Positions 19,814 through 30,120 are shown, counted from the stretch's first letter. The stretch is DNA of 51,149 bases from Pseudomonadales bacterium (GCA_041608775.1 JBFISC010000001.1:1-51149); one strand, 5' to 3'. Made by a program: numbers and translations. The notes: generated by a model not told the origin, from the sequence alone.

Positions 19814-20608
19814 CTAAGCCGGCACCGGGCCGGCCACCTGCAGCCGGTGAATCAGTCGCGGCTCGTCGCCGTGATCGTGAACGGCAAAGTGCTGCACGCA
19901 GCGGTTGTCCCACATGACCAGGTCGCCCGGGCGCCAGCGGTGACGCACCTGGAATTCCTGGCGTACCGCGTGCCCGTAGAGATACTCGAGCAGGCCGCGG
20001 CTCTCGTCGACGGTCCAGCCGGCGATGCGTCGGGTGAAAGCACGGCAGACATACAGTGCGCGCCGACCGGACTCGTCGTGGGTGCGCACCACGGGATGTT
20101 CCGCACGGGGCGCCTGCGACGGATCCTCCCCGTACAGGCGCGCGAGATCCGCCGCGCTGTGCTCCGCGCGCAACGTGTCGAGGACGGCGCGCAGCCCGTC
20201 CGAGCACGCCTCATAGGCGAGCGTCTGGCTCGCAAAAGCCGTGTCACCGCCAAGGGCTGGCGCCTCCAGCGCGTACAGCATGGTCAGCTTGGGCGGCGCG
20301 GCGTTGTAAGTCATGTCGCTGTGCCAGTGCTGGTTGACGTCCTTGAGCTTGCCGCGGTTGCGCAGCTCGATGATGTCCGGATAGGCCTTCATGCCGGCAA
20401 AGGGATGCCGTACCAATGCCCCCCAACGCTCGGCGAACGCCATCTGGTCTGCTGGCTCCAGCGTCTGACCTGGGAACGCCAGCACGTGATGCTCCAGAAA
20501 CAGTGCATTCAGCTCCCGCCAGGCGTCATCGTCCACGTCGCGGACGTCGATGCCCTCGACCCGGACACCCAGCGGGGCGCCGATGCGTTCGAGCCGCAGC
20601 GCGCTCAC
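19814..20608 (-). CDS. TauD/TfdA-family Fe(II)/2-oxoglutarate dioxygenase
   Basis: HWHSDMTY (HxD) and a distal His in VQHFAVHDH are present, along with the typical N-terminus LRLERIGAPLGVRVEGIDV. The start is set at the GTG at 20608, which overlaps the hydratase stop (GTGA). Confidence 0.8.
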   Translation of the reverse strand: MSALRLERIGAPLGVRVEGIDVRDVDDDAWRELNALFLEHHVLAFPGQTLEPADQMAFAERWGALVRHPFAGMKAYPDIIELRNRGKLKDVNQHWHSDMTYNAAPPKLTMLYALEAPALGGDTAFASQTLAYEACSDGLRAVLDTLRAEHSAADLARLYGEDPSQAPRAEHPVVRTHDESGRRALYVCRAFTRRIAGWTVDESRGLLEYLYGHAVRQEFQVRHRWRPGDLVMWDNRCVQHFAVHDHGDEPRLIHRLQVAGPVPA

Positions 20609-21402
20609 CGCCCCGAGAAGCTCGGCGCGCGCTTCTCGAAGAACGCCTGCCGGGCTTCTTTGGCATCCTCGGTCTCGAAGCAGCGGCGGATGTTGGCGAG
20701 CTCGAGGCGCACCTGTGCCTTCAGGTCCACGGCGCGCACCGCCTGGTGCATGCCCCGCTTGGTCATCCGGATCGAGAACGGCGACCAGCGCGATATCTGC
20801 TCGAGGTAGGCACGGAACCGTGCATCGAACTCGGCAGCAGCGCACACCTCTCCCACCATGCCCAGCGCCAGGGCCTCGTCCGCGGCCACGGTGCGGTTCT
20901 CCAGCATGAAGCGCATGGCCGGCTCGTAGCCCATGGCCAGGGGCAGCGTCCAGGTGAGCCCCCCGTCGGGCGAGCCGCCGATCCGCGTGTAGCCGGCCAT
21001 GAGCCGAGCCGCATCCGACATCAGCTTGATGTCGCAGGCCATGGCGAGCCCGAGGCCGGCGCCGACGGCAACGCCGTTGATCCCTGCCACCACCGGCTTA
21101 TCACAGTCGTCGCGAAGCCCGAGCAGAAAACGACCTACCCAGTGCACGTCGTCGAGCCGGTCGCTGATCGGGCCGTGGGGCGATGCCGACTCGCGTTCGC
21201 CTGTGAGGTCAAGACCAGCGCAGAACGAATCTCCAGAGCCGGTAATGCCGATGGCCCAGACACCGTCGTCGCTGGCGGCATCCGCCACGGCATTCACCAC
21301 GCCCCAGGCCAGCGCCTCGTTCAACGCGTTCTTCTTCTCCGGGCGGTTCAACCGGATGATGCGTGCGTGCCCGCTCTGCTCGATCTCGATCAGGTCAGCC
21401 AT
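20605..21402 (-). CDS. Enoyl-CoA hydratase/isomerase (crotonase) family protein
   Basis: IRLNRPEKKNAL and GSGDSFCAGLDL are present. The start is the ATG at 21402, preceded by GGAGGGGGAA. The track ORF extension to 22110 is a shadow of the MFS gene. Confidence 0.85.
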   Translation of the reverse strand: MADLIEIEQSGHARIIRLNRPEKKNALNEALAWGVVNAVADAASDDGVWAIGITGSGDSFCAGLDLTGERESASPHGPISDRLDDVHWVGRFLLGLRDDCDKPVVAGINGVAVGAGLGLAMACDIKLMSDAARLMAGYTRIGGSPDGGLTWTLPLAMGYEPAMRFMLENRTVAADEALALGMVGEVCAAAEFDARFRAYLEQISRWSPFSIRMTKRGMHQAVRAVDLKAQVRLELANIRRCFETEDAKEARQAFFEKRAPSFSGR

Positions 21403-21506
21403 GGGTTCCCCCTCCGGCCCTCCGGGCCGCTGAAATCCGCATGCTAACCCCGCCACCGGCACCGGACCACCCGGCCCGGCCGCGTCCCAAGGGGCGCAAG
21501 GCCTGA

Positions 21507-22784
21507 TCAGTCGAAGAGCTTTCTGCCAGTGGCGAACAGCAGGTAGAACAGCAACCCGAACAGCGTCACGCCGGCTGCCACCTGGAACACCAGCGCCCAG
21601 GATCCGGTCAGCTCCAGGATCAGGCCCGTGACGTAGACGCCGATGATGCCGGGGATGGTGCCCGCGGTGTTGGTGATGCCCATCAGCGTGCCGGCATATT
21701 TCGGCGCGACGTCCATGTGGTTCACGGCAAACCCGCCGGTAACGAAAGCCGCGAGCGCATTGCCGACGGTCATGACCGTGATGGCCATCCAGGCAGTCTC
21801 CACCTGACCGACGATCAGCAGCGCCGTGGAGATGCCACCGAAGCCGATGGTCTGCATGAGCTTGCGCACCCGGGTGACGTCCATGCCGCTGGCGATCAGC
21901 CGATCGGCGATGTTTCCGGCCACGTTCAGGAACACGAAGGAGGCCAGGTGCGGAATCATGGTCACCCAGCCGACGGCGTCGTAGTCCACCCCGAGCCCCT
22001 GATTGACGAAGGTGGGCAGCCACGACAGCAGCACGTACAGCGACCAGTTGTTGCAGAAGTGAGCCACGATGATGGCCCACACCGGCATGGACGAGAGCAG
22101 GGCCTTCCACGGTACCCGATCAGCCTCGGTCTGCGGCGTGATGCCGCCCTCGATCTCGGCCAGCTCAGCCGGCGTGATCGTGGGGTGATCGGCGGGCCTG
22201 GCGGTTACCCGCACATGCCACACCGCATACCAGAACACGCCCACGGCGCCGAACAGATAGAACGCCCACTCCCAGCCGAGCTGGGTGACGATGATCGGGG
22301 TGACCACGAGAGCGAACACAGTGCCGAGCGGAATCCCGCTGTTGGCCAGCGCCACCGCCCGCGACCGCTCGGTCAGCGGCACCCAGCGGCTGTACAGCGT
22401 GTAGATGGAAGGGAACGTCACCGCCTCGCCCATCCCCATTAGGATGCGCGTGGCGATCAGCACGCCGAAGCCGATGAACGCCGCCGGCGGCGTCAGGATG
22501 GTGAACAGCGACCACAACAGCACGCCGGCGCCGAGCACGGCCTTGCCGCCAAAGCGGTCCGCCAGCCGGCCACCGACGATCTGCAGCAGCAGGTAGCCGA
22601 CGAAGAAAGACGACAGGACCCGGCCCATCATCTCCGGCGTCCACGCCATGTCCCGGGCCATGGGAATGATGGCCACCGAGATGTTGACGCGGTCGATGTA
22701 GCAGACGAACACGGCCAGCGCCGACATCAGCACCACCGTGTAGCGGCGCGGCCATCTCCCCGATGCACCCGCGGTATCGATCAT
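21507..22784 (-). CDS. MFS transporter (anion:cation symporter-like)
   Basis: It is a 425-aa polytopic protein. GGRLADRFGGKAVL and an N-terminal DRVNISVAI resemble ACS-type MFS carriers. Confidence 0.8.
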   Translation of the reverse strand: MIDTAGASGRWPRRYTVVLMSALAVFVCYIDRVNISVAIIPMARDMAWTPEMMGRVLSSFFVGYLLLQIVGGRLADRFGGKAVLGAGVLLWSLFTILTPPAAFIGFGVLIATRILMGMGEAVTFPSIYTLYSRWVPLTERSRAVALANSGIPLGTVFALVVTPIIVTQLGWEWAFYLFGAVGVFWYAVWHVRVTARPADHPTITPAELAEIEGGITPQTEADRVPWKALLSSMPVWAIIVAHFCNNWSLYVLLSWLPTFVNQGLGVDYDAVGWVTMIPHLASFVFLNVAGNIADRLIASGMDVTRVRKLMQTIGFGGISTALLIVGQVETAWMAITVMTVGNALAAFVTGGFAVNHMDVAPKYAGTLMGITNTAGTIPGIIGVYVTGLILELTGSWALVFQVAAGVTLFGLLFYLLFATGRKLFD

Positions 22785-22843
22785 CGACGGCCCCTCCCCC
22801 GTGGCCCGCTACCGTACCGGCATCCGCAAGCCCGCGCGAGCGG

Positions 22844-24355
22844 TCATCGATCCGGCAATCGAGCCGCGTCGGCGCTTAGCGCCCGATACAGTGCCCATGC
22901 CATCAGCACCAGCACCACGGCGAACGGCAGCCCGATCACCACCACGGCGCTCTGCAGGGTCTGCAGGCCTCCGGCCGCGAGCAGCGCGATCGTGAGCAGC
23001 CCGATCACGGCGGCCCACAGCAGCCTCACCGGCACCGGGGCATCCACGGCGTCGCCGGTAGCGCAGGTGAAATCGGCCAGCACCAGCGCGCCGGAATCGC
23101 CGGAGGTGACGAAGAACACCACTGCCAGCAGGGTCACCACGAGACTCGTCAGCGTGGGCCAGGGCAGGTGCTGCAGAAACAGATAGATGCCCGAGCCAGG
23201 ATGTCCGAGCGCCGCCTCGCCCAGCGTCGCGTCGCCGGCCATCACCACCTCGATGGCGCTGTTACCCAGGATGGACATCCAGGCCATCATGAACAGCAGC
23301 GGCAGCGTGAGCGAGCCGATGACGAAGCTGCGGATCGTGCGACCCCGCGAAATCCGGGCGAGAAACAGGCCGACGAACGGCCCCCAGGCGATCCACCACG
23401 CCCAGAAGAACAGGGTCCAGGCATCGAGCCACCCAGCGGGCGCGGAAAACGCGTAGGTGTCCAGCGACAGAACGAGGAAGTTACCGAGATAGTCGCCGGC
23501 GTTCATCACCAGGGCGTTCAGCAGAAACAGACTGTCCCCGGCGAACAGCACGAACAGGAGAAAGGCCAGGGCCAGCAGCATGTTAAACTCGGACAGGCGT
23601 CGAATGCCACGATTCACCCCTAGCGCCGCCGAGATGCCGGCACCCGCGACGATGACCAGGGCGAGCGCACCCTGAATGACCGTGGTCTCTGGAACGCCGA
23701 AGCGATCGTTCAGCGCGTAGTTGAGCTGCATGATGCCGATGCCGAGACTGGTCGCGATCCCGAACACGGTTGCCAGCACCGCCGCCACGTCCACGGCATC
23801 GCCTGCCGGGCCGTCGATGTGCCGGCCGAGCAACGGCTGCAGCGCGGAGCGGATGGAGAGCGGCAACCCGCGGCGGAAGCTGAAGTAGCCGAGCGCCATC
23901 CCCACCAGCGAGTAGACGCCCCATCCCGACAGACCCCAGTGGAGAAACGTCAGCTGCATGGCCTGACGTGCGGCCAGAACCGTTTCGCCGTCACCGCGCG
24001 GCGGCGCCAGGTAGTGGGCCAGCGGCTCGGCGATGCAGAAGAACAGCAGGTCGATGCCGATGCCGGCTGCGAACAGCATGGCGGCCCAGCTGAGAAGCGG
24101 GAACTCCGGGCTGGAGTCCGGCGGCCCGAGCCGGATACGCCCCAGCGGCGAAACCGCGACTGCGATCACGAACACGAGGTAACCCAGAATGGCCACGGTG
24201 TAGAACCAGCCGAAGGTCCCGGTGGTCCACGTCAACGCGCGCCCGATCCAGCCGGCGGCGCCGACCCCGTCAACGGCGGTCCACAGCACCAGCACGCCGA
24301 TGGCCAGCGATGCCGGCACCACCACAGCGCCGCGGACCGTCCCGGACTTCACCAC
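22844..24355 (-). CDS. BCCT-family (betaine/carnitine/choline-type) transporter
   Basis: WWIAWGPFVGLFLARISRGRTIR is the BCCT signature. It is a 503-aa polytopic protein with a GTG start. Confidence 0.9.
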   Translation of the reverse strand: MVKSGTVRGAVVVPASLAIGVLVLWTAVDGVGAAGWIGRALTWTTGTFGWFYTVAILGYLVFVIAVAVSPLGRIRLGPPDSSPEFPLLSWAAMLFAAGIGIDLLFFCIAEPLAHYLAPPRGDGETVLAARQAMQLTFLHWGLSGWGVYSLVGMALGYFSFRRGLPLSIRSALQPLLGRHIDGPAGDAVDVAAVLATVFGIATSLGIGIMQLNYALNDRFGVPETTVIQGALALVIVAGAGISAALGVNRGIRRLSEFNMLLALAFLLFVLFAGDSLFLLNALVMNAGDYLGNFLVLSLDTYAFSAPAGWLDAWTLFFWAWWIAWGPFVGLFLARISRGRTIRSFVIGSLTLPLLFMMAWMSILGNSAIEVVMAGDATLGEAALGHPGSGIYLFLQHLPWPTLTSLVVTLLAVVFFVTSGDSGALVLADFTCATGDAVDAPVPVRLLWAAVIGLLTIALLAAGGLQTLQSAVVVIGLPFAVVLVLMAWALYRALSADAARLPDR

Positions 24356-24452
24356 CCCACCGCGCGGGGGCAGGCCCGGCAGCTCGAAGTAAGCGGGAAC
24401 CCCGACGGGTGCCTGCGGGACGCGGGGCCGCCGGACGGACGTCGCTGCACCT

Positions 24453-25280
24453 CTACGCGCCCGCTGCGGCGCGCAGGAACGTCAGCACCGCGGCGTTGAA
24501 GGCCTCGCGCTGATCGATGTTGGCGGCATGACCCGCGCCCTCCAGAACCACCCGCTCGGCGTTCAGGATCTTGCTGGCCATGTAGTCGGTCGGGACGCGG
24601 AACGGCTCGTCGTCCGCACCCACGAGCACCAGGGTCGGTACCCGGATCGCCGGCAGCGAGCGCATGATCCGGTCGTCCACCTGGGCCAGCATGCCGCGGG
24701 CGGCCAGGGCCAGACCTCGTGCCGAGCGGTGCTGGCTCAGCCGGACTTCCCGACCGTCGCCAAGCGCCGCCAGGCCAGCGGTTTCCAGCGCTCGCGCTCG
24801 TGCCTCCGCGGTGCGGTTCCAGCCTGCGCGGCCCTCGGGGCTGCGATAACCGGGCCCGGTATCGAACAGCATCAGCGCAAGACAGCGCTCGGGATGGGCC
24901 AGGTGAAAGGCCAGGCTCATGTAGCCCCCGAGGGAAAGCCCGCCGATCACCGCGCGCTCGACGCCGCAGGCGTCGAGCACGGCCGCCATGTCGGCCACCG
25001 TCAGCGCCTCCGAGTACTCCTCGGCATCCGGCGGGCTCGCCGAGCGGCCATGGCCGCGCATGTCCCAGAGAATCAGGTGATGGTCCGTCGTCAGCGCCTG
25101 CACCTGACCCTGCCACATGGCCGAGGTGGCGCTGTAGCCATGGCTGAGCAGCACGGTAGGCGCCGCCGGGCGGCGACAGCGATGATGCTCGTAGTAGATC
25201 TCGACGCCGTTGCGGTCGATGCTGCTCAAGGTTCCCCCCGGATGGCCTGCCACCGTCGCGGGCGCGACGACGGCCACCAC
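24453..25280 (-). CDS. Alpha/beta-fold hydrolase
   Basis: VLLSHGY, HGRS and the nucleophile elbow GLSLGG are present. The start is uncertain: GTG at 25280, or TTG at 25229 preceded by GGGGGGA. Confidence 0.8.
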   Translation of the reverse strand: MVAVVAPATVAGHPGGTLSSIDRNGVEIYYEHHRCRRPAAPTVLLSHGYSATSAMWQGQVQALTTDHHLILWDMRGHGRSASPPDAEEYSEALTVADMAAVLDACGVERAVIGGLSLGGYMSLAFHLAHPERCLALMLFDTGPGYRSPEGRAGWNRTAEARARALETAGLAALGDGREVRLSQHRSARGLALAARGMLAQVDDRIMRSLPAIRVPTLVLVGADDEPFRVPTDYMASKILNAERVVLEGAGHAANIDQREAFNAAVLTFLRAAAGA

Positions 25281-25400
25281 GGATATCGCGCTTCGGCGGG
25301 CAAGTCAAATCGCCATCGCCCGGCCGGCATGCCGCCGACCATCTGGACAATCGTCCTCGATGCGAGCACGGTTGAAAGGAGAAAGAAGGATCGCTTCGCC

Positions 25401-26249
25401 ATGCAGACTCGAACCGCCGCTGCCCTCGACCAGCCGCCGCTGTGGTGCCGGGCGGCGCTCAACTACGTCCTCCCCGACCAGGCTTCGGTCACGCGCGCCG
25501 TCACCGTGGCGATCCGCGACGGCCGGCGTTGCGACCTGCCGGGGTGGCAGACCGCCGGCTTCGAGCTGATGCGGCATCGCTCGGCGCTGACCGACTGGGA
25601 CGACGATGCCGCCATCGAAGAGCAGCACTACCCGGAGATCGCCGATCTCGCGCGCTCGCTGACCGGGTGCGATCACGCGCTCGTGGCAAGTCACATCCGG
25701 CGCAATCCTGAAGAGGCCGCCAGACACCCGGACCTGGGCCCCATCGCGTTCGTCCACTCCGACTTCGCGGCCAGCTACGGCGAGCTGATCCGCGGCCTGT
25801 ACCGGAACCCGAAGCCGGAGTCGCAGCGCGCCCTGGCCCGCGCCGGCATCAGCGCCGAGGCCGTGGGCAATGCCCGGAGACTGCTGATTCTGCAGTTCTG
25901 GCGCAACACCGGACCCGCGCGCATGGACCTGCCCATCGCCTTCTGCGATGCGCGCAGCGTGCCGGCCGAGGACCTCCGCCCCCTGCCGGTCACCGATTAC
26001 GCCGGTGGCGGCTTCGACTTCGAGACGCTGGCGGTGGCGGCGCCCACCGGTCCGATCCGACACGAGTGGTACGGATTTCCCGAGCTCGAGCGCGACGAGG
26101 TGATCGCGTTCCGGACCTACGACAGCGAGCGGATCGGAACCGGCGCACCGTTCTGGACGCCCCACTCCGCGTTTGCGGATCCCGACGTCGCGCCCGGCCG
26201 GCCGAGCCGCCGTAGCATCGAGCTGCGGGCGACCTGCCTGTTCAGCTGA
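25401..26249 (+). CDS. CmcJ/NvfI-like oxygenase family protein
   Basis: The start is the ATG at 25401, after GAAAGGAGAAAGAAGG. FVHSDF and the overall layout recall the CmcJ-like (cephamycin hydroxylase-related) family. Upstream of 25401 the track ORF lies antisense to the hydrolase gene. Confidence 0.55.
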   Translation: MQTRTAAALDQPPLWCRAALNYVLPDQASVTRAVTVAIRDGRRCDLPGWQTAGFELMRHRSALTDWDDDAAIEEQHYPEIADLARSLTGCDHALVASHIRRNPEEAARHPDLGPIAFVHSDFAASYGELIRGLYRNPKPESQRALARAGISAEAVGNARRLLILQFWRNTGPARMDLPIAFCDARSVPAEDLRPLPVTDYAGGGFDFETLAVAAPTGPIRHEWYGFPELERDEVIAFRTYDSERIGTGAPFWTPHSAFADPDVAPGRPSRRSIELRATCLFS

Positions 26250-26392
26250 GCCTGCGGCGACCGTACCCCGGCCGGGGCCACGGTTGCCCGCTTCCCGTCT
26301 GCAGCGATGCCGGCAACCGGCGCGGGCGCGCGGTCGACAAGACCCCCGGGCCGCGCCATAGTCGCACTGCCGAGCAACCGGACCGGAGGCCG

Positions 26393-27820
26393 ATGGGCGA
26401 CGAAATCCAGAACCGCTATTTCGATGGTGAGCACTTCAGCGCTTTCCGCGCTGCGCTCGACCGTGAGCACGCGCTGCTGTGCGAGCATTTCAAGCGCAAC
26501 GAATTCAGCCCGCGGGGCGACGTTGCCGGCTTCGAGCTGGAAGCGTGGCTGGTAGACCCCAGCGGCGATCCGCTGCCGCGCAACGAGGAGTTCCTGCAGG
26601 CCCTGGGCAACCCCCTGGTGGTGCCCGAGCTCGCGGCCTACAACATCGAGCTGAACGGCAGCCCCTCTTCCATCAGCGGCAAGGTGTTCTCACGGCTCCA
26701 CGACGAGCTCAGCGCCACCTGGGGCGCGTGCCAGCAGACGGCGCGCGGCATGGGCTGCGGGCTGATGACCATCGGCATCCTGCCCACGGTCAAGGAGAAG
26801 ATGCTGGACTCGGCCCACATGTCCTCCATGCAGCGCTATCACTCGCTCAACGATCGGGTCATGGCGCTGCGCGACGGCCGGCCGCTGAGCGTCGAGATCG
26901 AGGGCGAGGTGCCGCTGCGGACCACCCACCCCGACGTGATGCTGGAAGCCGCCACCACGTCCTTTCAGATCCACCTGCAGTGCCGGCCCAACCGGGCCGC
27001 CCGGGACTTCAACGCGAGCCTCGTGGTTTCCGCGCCCATGGTGGCAGCCAGCGCCAACTCGCCGTTCCTGTTCGGCCACACCCTGTGGGACGAGACCCGC
27101 ATCCCGCTGTTCGAGCAGAGTGTCGACGTCGGCGACCGCTACCTGCCGCGGGTGAGCTTCGGCCGCGACTACGTGCACCAATCGCTCCTGGAGATATTCA
27201 CGGAGAACCACGACGACCATCTGATTCTCCTGCCCGCCGTGCAGGACACCGCCCCAGGTCAGTTCGCCCACGTGCGCTTTCACAACGGCACCCTGTGGCG
27301 CTGGAACCGGCCGCTGATCGGTTTCGATTTCGACGGCCAGGTGCACCTGCGCATCGAGCACCGGGTGGTGCCGGCAGGGCCCACCATCCGCGACTGCATC
27401 GCCAACATGGCCTTCTACTACGGGCTGGTCTACGGCCTCGGCCTGCGGCAGACGCCCATGGAGCAGCACCTGCCTTTCGCCAAGGCCAGGGACAATTTCT
27501 ACAGCGCGGCGCGCTACGGGCTCAACGCCCGGCTGCTGTGGCCCGATGACAAAGGCAACGAGCGCGAGATCGGCATGCGCCAGCTGATCGTCGACGAGCT
27601 GCTGCCGGTTGCCCGCGCGGGTCTCGTCAGCCGTGGAATTCCCGATTCGGAGGTGGACGAGTACCTCGACATCATCGGGGCGCGGGTGGACTCCTCCCAG
27701 AACGGTGCCGCCTGGCAGCGTCGCTGGGTAGCCATGCACGGCATCGATCTGCACGAGCTGGTGCAGGCCTACCGGGAGCGGCAGGACCAGGGCGACCCGG
27801 TTCACACCTGGTCGCTGTGA
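26393..27820 (+). CDS. Glutamate-cysteine ligase family 2-like carboxylate-amine ligase
   Basis: GFELEAWLVD, AYNIELNGSP and TSFQIHLQ resemble GCS2/YbdK-type ligases, although this protein is longer (475 aa). GGAGG lies 4 nt upstream of the ATG. Confidence 0.65.
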   Translation: MGDEIQNRYFDGEHFSAFRAALDREHALLCEHFKRNEFSPRGDVAGFELEAWLVDPSGDPLPRNEEFLQALGNPLVVPELAAYNIELNGSPSSISGKVFSRLHDELSATWGACQQTARGMGCGLMTIGILPTVKEKMLDSAHMSSMQRYHSLNDRVMALRDGRPLSVEIEGEVPLRTTHPDVMLEAATTSFQIHLQCRPNRAARDFNASLVVSAPMVAASANSPFLFGHTLWDETRIPLFEQSVDVGDRYLPRVSFGRDYVHQSLLEIFTENHDDHLILLPAVQDTAPGQFAHVRFHNGTLWRWNRPLIGFDFDGQVHLRIEHRVVPAGPTIRDCIANMAFYYGLVYGLGLRQTPMEQHLPFAKARDNFYSAARYGLNARLLWPDDKGNEREIGMRQLIVDELLPVARAGLVSRGIPDSEVDEYLDIIGARVDSSQNGAAWQRRWVAMHGIDLHELVQAYRERQDQGDPVHTWSL

Positions 27821-28842
27821 GGCAGTCGCTGACGATCTTCGACGGCGATCCCGCCGAACTCGCCACGCTGAATGCCAGGGACCTGGCCGCGGCCATTGGC
27901 GGACCGGCGCTGATCCGGATTCCCGGTGCCCAACAGCCGCCGCTGCTGGTATCGGTGCTGCTGCACGGCAACGAGACCAGCGGCTGGGAAGGTCTCCGCC
28001 GGGTGTTGCTGGAGGCCCCACCCCTGCCCCGCGGCCTCATCATATTCATCGGCAACGTTCACGCGGCCGCCGCCGGGGTGCGGACGCTGCCCGATCAGCA
28101 GGACTACAACCGGATCTGGCGCGGCGCGGGGGGCGCGGAGGGCGCGCTGGCCCACGACGTGATGAGCATCCTTGCGAATGAACCCCTGTTCGCCGCCCTC
28201 GACCTGCACAACAACACCGGCCAGAACCCGCACTACGCCGTGCTTACCGGCCTTGCGCCGGAGCATCTAGCCCTGGCCTACATGTTCGACCGCAAGGCCG
28301 TGTACGTGCGTGAGCCCGACACCGTCATGACGCGCGCCCTGGCCGACCACTGCCCGGCCGCCGCCCTGGAACTCGGGCCCATCGGTGATCCGCGCTGCGA
28401 TGACCGGGCGTTCGACGTGGTAAAGCGCTGCCTGGCCCTGCCGTCTCTGCCGCCGGCAGACCCGAGCGACATGCAGCTGTTCCGCTCGGAAGCCCGGGTG
28501 CACATCGCCGACGACGTGCCGTTCTCGTTCGTCGGTGACGGCGGGGGCGGCCGCCTGCAGCTCACCGGCGGCCTCGAAGCCGTGAACTTCCATGCCCTGC
28601 CGCCGGGCACCGAGTTCGGCCGCAGTGGCGACGGTCTCGGTGCGCTGCGGGTGCTCGACGTGGATCACCGCAACGTCACCGACAGCTACTTCAGCTTGGA
28701 GGCCGATCGCCTCGTCCTGCGCCGCGAGGTGATACCCGCCATGTACACCACCGACCCCGCGGTGGTCCGGCAGGACTGTTTGTGCTATTTCATGAGCCGC
28801 ATGGACCTCGGGGCGAGCCCGGGCCAACCGCCGCAGGAGTGA
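27817..28842 (+). CDS. Succinylglutamate desuccinylase/aspartoacylase-family (M14-like) zinc hydrolase
   Basis: LLHGNETSG and the later LDLHNN motif are present. The GTG start overlaps the ligase stop (GTGA at 27817-27820). Confidence 0.65.
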   Translation: MRQSLTIFDGDPAELATLNARDLAAAIGGPALIRIPGAQQPPLLVSVLLHGNETSGWEGLRRVLLEAPPLPRGLIIFIGNVHAAAAGVRTLPDQQDYNRIWRGAGGAEGALAHDVMSILANEPLFAALDLHNNTGQNPHYAVLTGLAPEHLALAYMFDRKAVYVREPDTVMTRALADHCPAAALELGPIGDPRCDDRAFDVVKRCLALPSLPPADPSDMQLFRSEARVHIADDVPFSFVGDGGGGRLQLTGGLEAVNFHALPPGTEFGRSGDGLGALRVLDVDHRNVTDSYFSLEADRLVLRREVIPAMYTTDPAVVRQDCLCYFMSRMDLGASPGQPPQE

Positions 28843-28845
28843 CCC

Positions 28846-30120
28846 TTGCCATCGAACCGTTCCACCCCTGCCCTGCCGCCGGCGGCCGGTAACGGTCTGC
28901 TCGACCGACGGCTGTTCCTCCGCGGCGGTGCTGCGGCGCTGGCCGGGTTGAGCCTCGCCGGTGCTCGGGCGGCGGAGGCCGAGCGCCAACCCTGGGCCAG
29001 AACGCCCGGCGCCGGCATGCGCAGTTACGGCGCGCCGTCGCGCCACGAGGATCACGTGCAGCGGCTCGGCATCAGCGCTCAGCCCGGCACCAACGGCAGC
29101 GGCGTGTCACGCACGCCGCTGGAGCACCTCGAGGGCACCATCACGCCCAACGGCCTGATGTTCGAGCGCCATCACAGCGGCGTCCCCGACATCGATCCCG
29201 ACCGCCACGAACTGCGGATCTATGGCCGGGTCCGGCGCCCGCTGCGGTTCTCCATGGCGGCCCTGGACCGCTATCCCCGCGTGACCCGCGCGTACTTCCT
29301 CGAGTGCTCCGGCAACAGCGGCGTGATGGCGAGCGCCGCGCAGCCGCCGGACCTGCGCTGCGGCGAGCTCCACGGGCTGATCTCCGCGAGCGAGTACACG
29401 GGCGTGCCGCTGGCCGCGCTGCTGGACGAAGCCGGGCTGGCCGACGGCGCCGCCTGGGTGATCGCCGAAGGTGACGATGCCGCCCGCATGAGCCGCAGCG
29501 TGCCGCTCGAGAAGGCCATGGACGACGGGCTGCTGGTGCTCTACCAGAACGGCGAGCGGCTGCGCCCGGAGCACGGCTACCCGCTGCGGCTGCTGCTGCC
29601 GGGATTCGAAGGCAACATGAGCGTGAAGTGGCTGCGCCATCTCCATGTGACCGGCGCGCCGGCCATGTCCCGGGAGGAAACCGCCAAGTACTCGGACCTG
29701 CGGCCGGACGGCCGGGCACGGCTGTTCACGTTTCCCATGGCGGTGAAGTCCGTCATCACCTCGCCGTCCCCGGGATTGGACCTCAGTGGGCCCGGCTTGT
29801 ATCAGATCTCCGGCCTTGCCTGGTCGGGCAGAGGCGCCGTTCGCAGCGTCGAGGTATCCGCCGACGGCGGCCAGAGCTGGGCGCCCGCGCACCTCGAGCC
29901 CCCGGTGCTGGCAAAGCACCTGACCCGGTTCCGCGCCGCCTGGCAGTGGAACGGCGCCCCGGCACGACTGCTGAGCCGGGCCAGCGACGACACCGGCGCG
30001 ATCCAGCCGACGCGCCCCGCGTGGCTGGCCCGGCATGGCGGCGGTGCGTTCTATCACTACAACGCGATCCAGGCCTGGGCCATCGACGAGCACGGGCGGG
30101 CGAGCAACGCTTATGGGTAG
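28846..30120 (+). CDS. Tat-exported sulfite-oxidase-family molybdopterin oxidoreductase (SorA/SoxC-like)
   Basis: The twin-arginine leader is DRRLFLRGGAAALAG. ITPNGLMFERHHSGVP and FLECSGNSG (Mo-ligand Cys) are present. The TTG start lies 6 nt after GGAG and 3 nt after the previous stop. Confidence 0.8.
   Translation: MPSNRSTPALPPAAGNGLLDRRLFLRGGAAALAGLSLAGARAAEAERQPWARTPGAGMRSYGAPSRHEDHVQRLGISAQPGTNGSGVSRTPLEHLEGTITPNGLMFERHHSGVPDIDPDRHELRIYGRVRRPLRFSMAALDRYPRVTRAYFLECSGNSGVMASAAQPPDLRCGELHGLISASEYTGVPLAALLDEAGLADGAAWVIAEGDDAARMSRSVPLEKAMDDGLLVLYQNGERLRPEHGYPLRLLLPGFEGNMSVKWLRHLHVTGAPAMSREETAKYSDLRPDGRARLFTFPMAVKSVITSPSPGLDLSGPGLYQISGLAWSGRGAVRSVEVSADGGQSWAPAHLEPPVLAKHLTRFRAAWQWNGAPARLLSRASDDTGAIQPTRPAWLARHGGGAFYHYNAIQAWAIDEHGRASNAYG

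Noticed and set aside
21403-22110. N-terminal extension of track ORF 20605..22110 (enoyl-CoA hydratase).
   Set aside because: The extension is His/Arg-rich and overlaps the MFS transporter gene. The ATG at 21402 has a strong GGAGG-type ribosome-binding site and a canonical crotonase N-terminus.
24528-25400. The first 291 codons of track ORF 24528..26249.
   Set aside because: They lie antisense to the alpha/beta hydrolase gene and carry no motifs. The CmcJ-like protein starts at the ATG at 25401, behind a purine-rich ribosome-binding site.
26266-26277. The palindrome CCCCGGCCGGGG after the CmcJ-like gene, considered as an intrinsic terminator.
   Set aside because: The stem would be only 4 bp around a 4-nt loop and there is no T-tract. 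That is too weak to call.
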